This document shows, one piece after another, positions 9,097 through 17,030 of a stretch of DNA of 64,000 bases (its first letter is position 1; each line of letters starts with the position of its first letter). The stretch is from the NCBI GenBank assembly GCA_033648345.1, contig GCA_033648345.1_4121.1; one strand, 5' to 3'. The position numbers and the translations under genes are program-made. Source of the stretch: a phage. The notes beneath the pieces were generated by a model. It saw nothing but the letters and a program-made list of their open reading frames with translations. It did no database searches and had not been told where the DNA came from.

Positions 9097-9240
9097 GTCT
9101 GGAAGTAAATATGGCTATCCATCTAGACGGCTAAACGGCTAGATTTCTGGATGGCTGGGTGGCTGGGTGGCTGGGTGGCTAGACGTTTGGACGGCTAAAC
9201 GGCTAGATGGTTACACGTCTGGAAGTATAGACGGCTAAAT
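9097..9240. repeat. Iteron cluster with near-symmetric architecture
   Basis: (GGCTGGGT)x3.5 tandem at 9153-9180 flanked by two copies of TAGACGGCTAAACGGCTAGAT and outer GTCTGGAAGTA repeats. Confidence 0.65.
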
Positions 9241-9998
9241 CAAAATTTTATTTTGTTTTTTCCAATAGTTCCCCTACCGCGTGGGGATAGTTTCCCCGCA
9301 GTATCTGGAGTTAGATTTTTCTGAATCTGGAATCATTATCTTATAAACTGGGGGCAATGTCAACAGCCTGGACGGATATTTTTAAAAATTTTTTCAGTAC
9401 TGAATTTTGGGCGTAACTATGCACCCGGTGGGCTTGAGTCTTTCTCGACTTGATGGAACTATTATACAGTACTGGAAAAATAAAGCAATACCCTGGAAGC
9501 AAAAAAGTTTTAATTAATTTGCTTGCTATCCTGGGCCGGACTATGGTACTATATTTCAGTACTGAGAAAGTGCGTTTACCTGCTAGGGTGCGGGAGTGTA
9601 TCCTTTTTTTATATCTTGAATTTTGGGCGTAATTCCGCACCCTCTGGGGTTTCCGCTTTCTCGCGTCTATGTAGTAATTATACGCTTTTTCAGGATCAAG
9701 TCAATACCTAAAAACAAAATAATTGAAAATAATTTAACGCGTTTAAACGGCCAGTAAAGCCCTGGAATGATTGGAATGGTGCAAATGTATAGCTTAGGTG
9801 TATTAATGCGTTAGAATGCGTCTGAGGCCGTTTTATGGGGTATAGGGATGATTTGGTGGATTGATTCAGTACTGAATAATAGTACTACTATATAGAAAGA
9901 TAGTTCCCCTGGATGGTTGCAGTACTGAATGATAGTACTGAATAATAGTTCCCCTATATAGAAAGAAAACTATTTTAAAAAGTATTTGTAGAAAGTAC

Positions 9999-10026
9999 TT
10001 GCAAACTAAGTTTAACGGCGTATAAT
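9999..10026 (+). promoter_or_regulatory. Class-I early promoter
   Basis: AAAGTACTTGCAA-16-TATAAT-GTTTTACATC consensus. Confidence 0.6.
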
Positions 10027-10081
10027 GTTTTACATCGAGAGCGGGAACACTTCCCGCTACATATTACGAGAGATTAAAACG

Positions 10082-10444
10082 ATGGCGACTCAAATCACTA
10101 AAATTATTGCTAACCTGGTTAACTTCCGCGACGAGATGAAAGGTCTTCCGGCTGAAACGGTAAAAATTCACATCGCAGCTTATCGGGAACTTATTGCAAT
10201 GTTGCCGCTTAAGCGTGAACAATACGCCGCGACCGTGATGCTTGATGCGATGATCCATAAGATGATCGCCAGTGATTTGACGATGGCGTATCAGTATATG
10301 GGTGAATTGTTCGCGGTGTATAGTAAACCAGTACCAGGAATGGAAAGTACAGAAGTATTACACGGTTTAAATTTAAAACAAGATGCATGGGATAATATGC
10401 CTCGTTTCCTGGTATGGGCTGACAGTGGCAAGATTTACGAATAA
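10082..10444 (+). CDS. Hypothetical early protein (120 aa)
   Basis: Start moved from track ORF 10025 to Met after the 5'UTR hairpin GCGGGAACACTTCCCGC. Confidence 0.65.
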   Translation: MATQITKIIANLVNFRDEMKGLPAETVKIHIAAYRELIAMLPLKREQYAATVMLDAMIHKMIASDLTMAYQYMGELFAVYSKPVPGMESTEVLHGLNLKQDAWDNMPRFLVWADSGKIYE

Positions 10445-10458
10445 GTTTTAGAAAGTAC

Positions 10459-10486
10459 TTGCAAACTAAGTTTAAAAGCGTATAAT
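10459..10486 (+). promoter_or_regulatory. Class-I early promoter
   Basis: TTGCAA-16-TATAAT. Confidence 0.6.
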
Positions 10487-10536
10487 GTTTTACATCAGGT
10501 GGGGAATAGTTCCCCACTATATAAGAGGATTAAAAA

Positions 10537-10776
10537 ATGGCTAAATCAAAAATGTTCTTAGGTCACAAAAACAAAACTCATTGGAATGTAAGCCTTTGGA
10601 TTAATAACGATGAGTCATTGTACCGGTTGGCCCTGGACTTTATTGCCGCCAATACTAATCGCAATGATGCGGCCCGTCATATGATGTTATTTTTAGAACA
10701 GACTGGACAAGATAAAACACCGGACGGATTCAAATATAGCACTACTGCGATCCGTGCGGCGATGGTTGGAATGTAA
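10537..10776 (+). CDS. Hypothetical early protein; paralog of 12576..12815
   Basis: Shared GHKNKTxWNVSLWINN...TPDGFKYSTTAIRAAMVGM; SD AAGAGGA. Confidence 0.7.
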   Translation: MAKSKMFLGHKNKTHWNVSLWINNDESLYRLALDFIAANTNRNDAARHMMLFLEQTGQDKTPDGFKYSTTAIRAAMVGM

Positions 10777-10861
10777 TAGAATTTATTTAAAGTACTATCG
10801 CAAAAAATGATAGTACTTTATAATAGTGTTTTATTCATACACCAACGATAAGGGCAACAGC

Positions 10862-11128
10862 ATGAATATTAAGTATTTTGCGACGCGTGAACAAGCTCGG
10901 ATCGCCGCACGCCAGGACGGGGCAACGTTTAAAGATATGGGCGTACAATCGGAACGTGGTAAACGTTGGGCCATTATAAAGCGTAGTACCGCCAGATCAT
11001 TACAGTACTGGTTAGCGGCGTTAAAAAGTCCCGATAGTGTATCGCGTCGAGTGGTAGAAATAAAGCTCGACCGAAAGGGCAACCGCGTGACCGTGTACCG
11101 TACTAAAAAGATTGCAGTACTTGAATAA
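10862..11128 (+). CDS. Hypothetical early protein; paralog of 23885..24280
   Basis: Shared KYFATREQARIAARQDGATFKDMG and DRKGNRVTVY motifs; start moved to MNIKYF. Confidence 0.65.
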   Translation: MNIKYFATREQARIAARQDGATFKDMGVQSERGKRWAIIKRSTARSLQYWLAALKSPDSVSRRVVEIKLDRKGNRVTVYRTKKIAVLE

Positions 11129-11135
11129 AAAGTAC

Positions 11136-11163
11136 TTGCAAACTATGTTTAATGGCGTATAAT
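11136..11163 (+). promoter_or_regulatory. Class-I early promoter
   Basis: TTGCAA-16-TATAAT. Confidence 0.6.
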
Positions 11164-11215
11164 GTTTTACATCGAGAGCGGGAACACTTCCCGCCTATAA
11201 CCTGGAGTAATAAAA

Positions 11216-11446
11216 ATGACTAATATGTATATGACTGAAGTTAAAACCGTAAAAGATACTACCACGAATAAAACTACTTACTTACAGCGGATCTGCGGTG
11301 TATGGCAACGTATCAGCAAATCAAAGTACTTTAAATTAACATCATATGCAAACCGTTCGGATTCATTCAGTACTGAAATAAAAGGTAATAAAGTACACCA
11401 ATACGGCACTTATTATTATTATAGCCTGGACGCGATTGCAGTATAA
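11216..11446 (+). CDS. Hypothetical early protein (76 aa)
   Basis: ORF after promoter, hairpin and SD GGAGT. Confidence 0.6.
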   Translation: MTNMYMTEVKTVKDTTTNKTTYLQRICGVWQRISKSKYFKLTSYANRSDSFSTEIKGNKVHQYGTYYYYSLDAIAV

Positions 11447-11476
11447 GCAGTTTACAAATCTTTACAATTGCCGGTA

Positions 11477-11505
11477 TTGACTTATTTTGTCAGTACTGGC
11501 ATAAT
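11477..11505 (+). promoter_or_regulatory. Promoter of convergent pair (candidate small-RNA promoter)
   Basis: TTGACT-17-CATAAT; no ORF downstream, followed by the conserved CCCA-GGGTGC leader motif. Confidence 0.5.
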
Positions 11506-11620
11506 GTATTCATTGGCAGATAAGCCGTAGCCCATAGGGTGCGGGAGTGTATCTATAGAAAAAGTAGTTTATTACAGTTACAATTGTGCACCCGGTGGGT
11601 TAGCTGTTGTCATGGGGTAT

Positions 11621-11649
11621 ATTATGCCAGTACTTGATAATGCTGTCAA
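11621..11649 (-). promoter_or_regulatory. Convergent minus-strand promoter
   Basis: Reverse complement reads TTGACA-17-CATAAT and faces the promoter at 11477. Confidence 0.5.
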
Positions 11650-11695
11650 TACTTTTTTTTACTATTCAGTACTGAAAACTATTTTTAAAAAGTAC

Positions 11696-11723
11696 TTGCA
11701 AACTATGTTTAAAGGCGTATAAT
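11696..11723 (+). promoter_or_regulatory. Class-I early promoter (P1 of tandem pair)
   Basis: TTGCAA-16-TATAAT followed by structured leader ACATCAGGACGGGGAACG... Confidence 0.55.
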
Positions 11724-11813
11724 GTTTTACATCAGGACGGGGAACGAAATAAGTAACTCCCCGTTAAGTAGCCCAGGAGTAAGGCACACGAAAAACTCCC
11801 CTGATAAAATAGT

Positions 11814-11841
11814 TTGACAAATGTTTTTAAAAGCGTATAAT
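11814..11841 (+). promoter_or_regulatory. Promoter P2 of tandem pair
   Basis: TTGACA-16-TATAAT. Confidence 0.55.
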
Positions 11842-11873
11842 ACTTACATCAACTACTGAATGAGGGTTACAAA

Positions 11874-12485
11874 ATGAAAACTATCACTACTACTACTTTC
11901 GTTATGGATTTTTCTGAATTGAACGCAGAACAAAAAACGTCAGCTATCGAACTGGTTCGGGAACGTGAAAAAAACTCAAACGACAATTATTTTTCTGAAA
12001 GTGAAATTGAATACTATAAAGAAACAGTACTACCGGAATATGGCATTAATGACGCTGAAATACAATTCAGTGGTTTTTGGTCCCAGGGTGACGGTGCATC
12101 AATCAGTACTGACCACGTTGACGGTGTGAAGTTTTTACGCAAGGTAAGAGCATTAACTAAGTATCGCTCAATCCGTCACTTGCTGAATGAAGATGATTTG
12201 GCGATGAGTGTAAAGCGTTCTCATTCTTTGTACTTGCATGAGAATACTGTAAGCGGGTACATTGAATCGGCTTACACTGATTTAACCGCAAAACAAGAAA
12301 CGTTAGTTAATGAGCTTGAGGAACTACTCACTGAAACTATTCGTGAATTATCCCGCAAGTTGTACCGTGATTTAGAGAATGCATATGAGGATCAATTCAC
12401 TACTGAAAACATCGTATCACTGATTGAGGGTAACGAATATCAATTCAATGTTATTGATGGCGTAGTAGAATCAATCGAATATTAA
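11874..12485 (+). CDS. Hypothetical acidic early protein (203 aa)
   Basis: ORF with upstream tandem promoters; SD GAGGG. Confidence 0.7.
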   Translation: MKTITTTTFVMDFSELNAEQKTSAIELVREREKNSNDNYFSESEIEYYKETVLPEYGINDAEIQFSGFWSQGDGASISTDHVDGVKFLRKVRALTKYRSIRHLLNEDDLAMSVKRSHSLYLHENTVSGYIESAYTDLTAKQETLVNELEELLTETIRELSRKLYRDLENAYEDQFTTENIVSLIEGNEYQFNVIDGVVESIEY

Positions 12486-12497
12486 TTCAAAAAGTAC

Positions 12498-12525
12498 TTG
12501 CAAACTAAGTTTAAAAGCGTATAAT
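12498..12525 (+). promoter_or_regulatory. Class-I early promoter
   Basis: TTGCAA-16-TATAAT. Confidence 0.6.
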
Positions 12526-12575
12526 ACTTTATATCGAGGCGGGGAGTGGTTCCCCGCTCAAACGAGGATTTAAAA

Positions 12576-12815
12576 ATGGCTAGTACTAAAACTTATAACG
12601 GACACAAAAACAAAACTCAATGGAATGTAAGCCTTTGGATTAATAACGGTGAGTCATTGTATCGGCTTGCACAAAGTTGTATCGCACAAAGTAGAACTAA
12701 AGATATTGCAGCGGAATGCATGTACCGCAGATTAAAAGCCAACGGTACTACTACAACGCCGGACGGCTTTAAGTATAGCACTACTGCGATCCGTGCTGCA
12801 ATGGTTGGAATGTAA
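12576..12815 (+). CDS. Hypothetical early protein; paralog of 10537..10776
   Basis: Start moved to MASTKTYNGHK after hairpin GGCGGGGAGTGGTTCCCCGC. Confidence 0.7.
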   Translation: MASTKTYNGHKNKTQWNVSLWINNGESLYRLAQSCIAQSRTKDIAAECMYRRLKANGTTTTPDGFKYSTTAIRAAMVGM

Positions 12816-12873
12816 TATTCAGTACTGTAACAATGGCGGGGAATGGTTCCCGCCTTTATTGAGGGTTTATCTA

Positions 12874-13134
12874 ATGAGTAAAGTAATTAACTATACAGTA
12901 CTAAGCAAGTCATTGTCTATCAGTGAATGCACCGATGGTTTTTGGCTTTATGATGAAACGCGTGGAATGAATTTAGCTATGCGTGTAAAAACTGCTGAGG
13001 CGGCGTATCTTGAGGCACTGGAATACTACCAGGAACGTTTAACGGAAGTAGAAGAAGATTATAAAAGCCTCAAAGCGAAAGTAGATCATTTCGTCGGTCA
13101 ATTCATCGAGGAAGACGACGATAAACAATACTGA
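12874..13134 (+). CDS. Hypothetical early protein (86 aa)
   Basis: Start moved to MSKVINY after hairpin GGCGGGGAATGGTTCCCGCC and SD GAGGG. Confidence 0.6.
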   Translation: MSKVINYTVLSKSLSISECTDGFWLYDETRGMNLAMRVKTAEAAYLEALEYYQERLTEVEEDYKSLKAKVDHFVGQFIEEDDDKQY

Positions 13135-13222
13135 AAAAAAGTACTTGCAATTAGTTTTCAGTACTGTATAATAGTTTACATCAAGTGGAGAAATGGTTCT
13201 CCCTGGTAATGAGGAAAATAAA

Positions 13223-13444
13223 ATGGCTAATATCACTACTCTTTCCCAACTGGAAGCACTGGTTAAATCTATGCGGGAACATGCCGACAAAATCGGCGTA
13301 CAAGATCCAGCCGTTTGCTTCTGCGACGAATTGAATGATGATACCCTTGTAATAGCAGAAGTCCAGGACGTTTCTAACTATTCCTCGCGTTACACTGGCG
13401 GCGTAGCAAATAAAGGCGACTTCTGTTTATACCTTACAAAATAA
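13223..13444 (+). CDS. Hypothetical early protein (73 aa)
   Basis: Start moved to MANITT after hairpin and SD. Confidence 0.6.
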   Translation: MANITTLSQLEALVKSMREHADKIGVQDPAVCFCDELNDDTLVIAEVQDVSNYSSRYTGGVANKGDFCLYLTK

Positions 13445-13449
13445 CAACG

Positions 13450-13480
13450 CGGGGAGATAATAACTCCCCGTTACTTTTTC
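13450..13480 (+). terminator. Rho-independent terminator
   Basis: CGGGGAGATAATAACTCCCCG followed by TTACTTTTT. Confidence 0.6.
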
Positions 13481-13550
13481 AGTACTGAATCATTTAATAG
13501 ACGGATCTATGCACCCGGTGGGTTAGTGACTGTTTCGTCTTGATGTAGTA

Positions 13551-13579
13551 ATTATGCCAGTACTGGATGCAGTTGTCAA
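13551..13579 (-). promoter_or_regulatory. Minus-strand promoter with conserved leader (candidate small RNA)
   Basis: Reverse complement TTGACA-17-CATAAT followed by ACATCAAGACG...CCCACCGGGTGCAT; no ORF. Confidence 0.45.
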
Positions 13580-13612
13580 CAACTATTTTTCAAATACTTT
13601 TTATTAAAATAC

Positions 13613-13640
13613 TTGCAATTAGTTTTTAAACGCGTATAAT
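13613..13640 (+). promoter_or_regulatory. Class-I early promoter
   Basis: TTGCAA-16-TATAAT. Confidence 0.55.
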
Positions 13641-13687
13641 GTTTTGCATAGGGGGAGCGGTTCCCCTGGTAACTAAGGAATAATAAA

Positions 13688-13924
13688 ATGCTTGAACAAA
13701 TCAAATCAACGTCTGCGAATGTAACGGGAACGGTAGCACACTTTACTAGTGATGAATCGCGGGGCGTTCCCTATTGTGCTGTACATGTAAACACTGATGG
13801 CAACTACTGGTTTACGGTTTACGGATCATATTCATTTGGACGGCCTGGGCATCAAAAAATTCTGGATAAAGTACAACCAACGGGTAAAAATATCACTGCC
13901 GAAATGTTTTATAAAAAATCATAA
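13688..13924 (+). CDS. Hypothetical early protein (78 aa)
   Basis: Hairpin GGGGGAGCGGTTCCCC then SD AAGGAA. Confidence 0.65.
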   Translation: MLEQIKSTSANVTGTVAHFTSDESRGVPYCAVHVNTDGNYWFTVYGSYSFGRPGHQKILDKVQPTGKNITAEMFYKKS

Positions 13925-13929
13925 AGTAC

Positions 13930-13957
13930 TTGATAATAGTTTTTAGTACTGTATAAT
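13930..13957 (+). promoter_or_regulatory. Early promoter
   Basis: TTGATA-16-TATAAT. Confidence 0.5.
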
Positions 13958-14008
13958 ATTTTACATCGCAAGGGGGAGCGGTTCCCCCTAGTAACTAAGG
14001 ATAATCAA

Positions 14009-14308
14009 ATGAAAATTGCAATCATCGCCCTGGCTTTATCTGTTTCCTCTTTCGCTGTTAATGCGTCATTAGATGTAAGTAGTGAAAAATTCATTCAGTG
14101 CACTGTTGCAATGACCGATGAAAGAACTGGCGAGATTGTATTAAAGGATTTAGAGATCCAGCCGGAAGCATTTAAAAACGGCCCGTTCCATGAAGAAGAC
14201 GAAAACGGTAGCACAACAATTTATTATGATGCCAGTACTAAACGCGGTTCGGTCACTGTAATGGATACTGAGAAAGTAACTCATACTGGCGTTATTAATT
14301 GCCGTTGA
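14009..14308 (+). CDS. Small secreted/periplasmic protein
   Basis: N-terminal signal-peptide-like MKIAIIALALSVSSFAVNA. Confidence 0.65.
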   Translation: MKIAIIALALSVSSFAVNASLDVSSEKFIQCTVAMTDERTGEIVLKDLEIQPEAFKNGPFHEEDENGSTTIYYDASTKRGSVTVMDTEKVTHTGVINCR

Positions 14309-14329
14309 TAGATACTACGGGGTAACATC

Positions 14330-14560
14330 ATGACTAAGCGAATTGTTTTACTTAACGAAAGCAGTACTACACAACTACTTAACGCCGTGCATTATGATAT
14401 TGAAACGAGCGTTAATCTTATCAGTACTGTAGTACTGTTGGACACTGGAAAGGTCGCCAATGATAAAGCGATTGCAGGTATATTAACGGATCTTGAGCCT
14501 GGTAGCAGTGCACCAATAACGTTAAATGGTAAAGTGTTTAATATTTTACTCACTGATTAA
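14330..14560 (+). CDS. Hypothetical protein (76 aa)
   Basis: ORF closely following upstream gene. Confidence 0.55.
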   Translation: MTKRIVLLNESSTTQLLNAVHYDIETSVNLISTVVLLDTGKVANDKAIAGILTDLEPGSSAPITLNGKVFNILLTD

Positions 14561-14566
14561 GTACAT

Positions 14567-14594
14567 AGCCCACCTGGTGGGCTTTTTTGTTTTT
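14567..14594 (+). terminator. Rho-independent terminator
   Basis: AGCCCACC-TGGTGGGCT followed by TTTTTTGTTTTTG. Confidence 0.75.
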
Positions 14595-14642
14595 GTAGTA
14601 TCGTAGTACTGAGATACTTTGAAAATAGTTTTAAAAAAGTAG

Positions 14643-14670
14643 TTGACATTACCGCAGAAAAGCGTAGAAT
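14643..14670 (+). promoter_or_regulatory. Early promoter
   Basis: TTGACA-16-TAGAAT followed by conserved leader ACATCAAGACGGGGAGC. Confidence 0.5.
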
Positions 14671-14793
14671 GTATTACATCAAGACGGGGAGCACTAAGTA
14701 GACCGCCAGTAAGTCGAACGAAAAACTGGACACGTCGAGAAAACTTTGATACACTAATAAACGTAAACTAAACTTTAATTGAGGATTTATAAA

Positions 14794-15276
14794 ATGGCTA
14801 ATGTAAAATCATTCATCAAAGCACTGGTAGCAAATGAAACTAACGTCGCGGCAGAGATCCTGGCTGAACTGGATAACGATACCATGAAAGCGGTACGCAA
14901 TAATTTTAACATCGCGTACAGTACTGCGAAAGAACTACAAGCAAATAAAGCAGCAGAGATCGAGGCAGCAAAGGCGGCCCGTGAAGCAGAACTACAAGCA
15001 ACAATTGAAAGTATTCAGGCGGCAGTAGTTGGATTGGATCTGGAAGTAGTTACAGAGATGGCACAAAAAGCCCTGGCGAAAAAGTACGGGGAAGACAAGC
15101 CAGAAGTAAAAGCCAAAAAATGGATTCAAGAACGTGTAGCGGTAGTACTTGATAATGGGGAAGAATATCTGATTCCGGTGCGTGGTAACTGCATTGCTGT
15201 AGTACTGGATGCGATTAACTCCAGCGGTATGACTCGCGAGGAATGGATCGAAGCTCATCGCAAAGTGGAAGCATAA
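14794..15276 (+). CDS. Hypothetical protein with Ala/Glu-rich helical segment (160 aa)
   Basis: Start moved to MANVKSF after SD GAGGA. Confidence 0.65.
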   Translation: MANVKSFIKALVANETNVAAEILAELDNDTMKAVRNNFNIAYSTAKELQANKAAEIEAAKAAREAELQATIESIQAAVVGLDLEVVTEMAQKALAKKYGEDKPEVKAKKWIQERVAVVLDNGEEYLIPVRGNCIAVVLDAINSSGMTREEWIEAHRKVEA

Positions 15277-15297
15277 CAATTAAAGTACTGAATCACT

Positions 15298-15325
15298 AGC
15301 CCACTGTATAAGTGGGCTTTTTTGT
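15298..15325 (+). terminator. Rho-independent terminator
   Basis: AGCCCAC-TGTATAA-GTGGGCT followed by TTTTTTG. Confidence 0.75.
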
Positions 15326-15477
15326 GTTTATCGTTTACCAGGCCACCAGCACCGCCTAGAATCGATTCTAACGCATTAAACTGATTATCTGATGCATCGC
15401 CCTAGCTGGTGGAGTTAAGGCCGTTAGAATGCGATTTAGAGCGTTTAAAGTATTTTGCAAAAAGTAATAAAAAGTAC

Positions 15478-15505
15478 TTGCACGATTCAGAGATTAGCGT
15501 ATAAT
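15478..15505 (+). promoter_or_regulatory. Class-I early promoter
   Basis: TTGCAC-16-TATAAT. Confidence 0.5.
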
Positions 15506-15550
15506 GTTTTACATCAAGGCGAAACACCTTAACTAACTGAGGATATAAAG

Positions 15551-15703
15551 ATGAATACTTATGAACTGGATTGTTTCACTATGCAAGTAATGTTAGTATG
15601 CAGTAAAAAAGAATGGTCATCAAAGGAATTTAAAGCAGTTATTGCGTGTGCAAAACACGGCAAGACTATCAATGAAACGGCATCAATCATTGATAAACTT
15701 TAA
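15551..15703 (+). CDS. Small hypothetical protein (50 aa, absent from ORF track)
   Basis: Manual translation MNTYELDCFTMQ... with SD GAGGA. Confidence 0.45.
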   Translation: MNTYELDCFTMQVMLVCSKKEWSSKEFKAVIACAKHGKTINETASIIDKL

Positions 15704-15711
15704 AAAATAGT

Positions 15712-15740
15712 TTGACAATAGTTTTAAGTACTGACATAAT
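15712..15740 (+). promoter_or_regulatory. Class-II early promoter
   Basis: TTGACA-17-CATAAT with AGTACTG before the -10. Confidence 0.6.
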
Positions 15741-15773
15741 ACATACATCAACTACTGAATAGGAATCAAAACA

Positions 15774-16001
15774 ATGGCTATCGTAATCACTCGCGTATCT
15801 GGTACTACTGGCAATTCTTCTACTGTTGCTGTAATTACTAATAAGAAAGGTGCGGAATTACATTTTGCAATGAATACCTGGGCGGTGAATGAGTTCGGTC
15901 AGTGGGCTAGTGTAGAATACATTGAAACCTATCAAGTGCCAACCATTAGCTTAACGGATCTCGGCGTAGATCGTATCTTATGCCTGGATGAATTAAATTA
16001 A
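15774..16001 (+). CDS. Hypothetical early protein (75 aa)
   Basis: ORF after promoter; SD AGGAA. Confidence 0.65.
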   Translation: MAIVITRVSGTTGNSSTVAVITNKKGAELHFAMNTWAVNEFGQWASVEYIETYQVPTISLTDLGVDRILCLDELN

Positions 16002-16008
16002 AAAAGTA

Positions 16009-16037
16009 CTTGCAAAGTAAATCAAATAAAGTATAAT
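16009..16037 (+). promoter_or_regulatory. Class-I early promoter
   Basis: TTGCAA-17-TATAAT; hairpin GGGGAGAAATGGTTCTCCCC at 16050-16069. Confidence 0.6.
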
Positions 16038-16086
16038 ACATTACATCAAGGGGAGAAATGGTTCTCCCCACTACAAGGAAACTAAA

Positions 16087-16230
16087 ATGAAAACTTGTCA
16101 ATGTGGTCAGAAATCTATTACGGGTTTAAAGCGGGGCGTTGCTCTTTGCCAGTACCATTATAATTTACAAGTATGGGGTAAAGAATGGGCCGACCAGGTG
16201 GAAGCAGCAAAGAAAGCAAAAAGTAAGTAA
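16087..16230 (+). CDS. Small Cys-containing (zinc-ribbon-like) protein (47 aa, absent from ORF track)
   Basis: Manual translation MKTCQCGQKS...CQYH with SD AAGGAA. Confidence 0.5.
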   Translation: MKTCQCGQKSITGLKRGVALCQYHYNLQVWGKEWADQVEAAKKAKSK

Positions 16231-16311
16231 AAATATTATCACAGTACTATTGACATAGTTTGATAGTACTGGCATAATAGATTTTATCAAGACAACTAAG
16301 AGGAAACAATA
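16221..16311 (+). repeat. Duplicated ~91-bp promoter cassette (copy 1)
   Basis: Near-identical to 16515..16605; contains TTGACA-17-CATAAT and SD AAGAGGAAA. Confidence 0.8.
16250..16278 (+). promoter_or_regulatory. Class-II early promoter
   Basis: TTGACA-17-CATAAT. Confidence 0.6.
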
Positions 16312-16524
16312 ATGGCTATCATCACAAAAATCAAAGTAAACAAATCACTGGTTAAGCTGGAAGAAGTGAAAGAAGGTTATAAAGTATCGTGGTGCGGCAT
16401 GTATCGGATTTTTACAGATGTTGACGATGCAATCAATTACTACACTGACACGGTAAAAAACTTTGTTCGTGCTGATGTGGTTATGGCAGTGGCAACACAC
16501 AAAGCATCGAAAGAAAGTAAGTAA
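16312..16524 (+). CDS. Hypothetical early protein (70 aa)
   Basis: ORF downstream of duplicated promoter cassette. Confidence 0.65.
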   Translation: MAIITKIKVNKSLVKLEEVKEGYKVSWCGMYRIFTDVDDAINYYTDTVKNFVRADVVMAVATHKASKESK

Positions 16525-16605
16525 AAATATTATCACAGTACTATTGACATAGTTTGATAGTACTGGCATAATAGATTTTATCAAGACAACTAAGAGGAAA
16601 TTAAA
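16515..16605 (+). repeat. Duplicated ~91-bp promoter cassette (copy 2)
   Basis: Near-identical to 16221..16311. Confidence 0.8.
16544..16572 (+). promoter_or_regulatory. Class-II early promoter
   Basis: TTGACA-17-CATAAT. Confidence 0.6.
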
Positions 16606-16950
16606 ATGGCTAACATCAACACTATCGCAGCACAAAATATCAACCTGTCTTCTGTTGAAGTTGTACATATTGCCGCTCGGCGTTGGTTCCAGGCTTCATA
16701 TGGTAACACTTATTTCTCTTTAAGTGTAGACGTAGAAATTGATGGTAATTTTATTGAAGTAGTAAACGTGCCGTTCCAATATGGATACGGGGATCATTTT
16801 GACACTGTAGCAATGGAAGAATTTAGCAAGGTTATTAATATGGAAGGTAAAGAGTTTTTACGCGGTTCTTATCTTTCACGTTTTTGCCGTGATAATAATA
16901 TCACTGTTTACAGTTCGGTAACTGATGTTAAACGCAAAAAAGATCTTTAA
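16606..16950 (+). CDS. Hypothetical early protein; paralog of 23466..23789
   Basis: Shared GNTY...F.YGYG...DVKRKKD motifs. Confidence 0.7.
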   Translation: MANINTIAAQNINLSSVEVVHIAARRWFQASYGNTYFSLSVDVEIDGNFIEVVNVPFQYGYGDHFDTVAMEEFSKVINMEGKEFLRGSYLSRFCRDNNITVYSSVTDVKRKKDL

Positions 16951-17030
16951 TTAGCTTTACTTTATGCAGATACTTTGATATAGTGTCTGCATAGGGGAAA
17001 GAAATTAAATTAACTTAAGAGGATAGTATA

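Larger units (their letters stand above)
7974..10020. other. 2-kb non-coding repeat-rich region (candidate origin, packaging or boundary region)
   Basis: No ORF of 60 aa or more on the + strand; short direct repeats (TAATCAT x5, AGAGTGTAAT x2, GTTAAAATTCAGCCTG x2), palindrome TAACATATGTTA, hairpins, iterons and promoter-like elements in both orientations. Confidence 0.6.

Noticed and set aside
7974-10020. tRNA genes in the long non-coding region
   Set aside because: No GTTCGA/GGTTC-type T-arm motif or cloverleaf-compatible arrangement was found by eye; a tRNAscan-SE run would settle it.
11874-12485. Anti-restriction (ArdA-like) identity for the acidic 203-aa protein
   Set aside because: It is acidic and in an early position, but I cannot match it to ArdA or other known anti-restriction sequence motifs from memory, so it is left as hypothetical.
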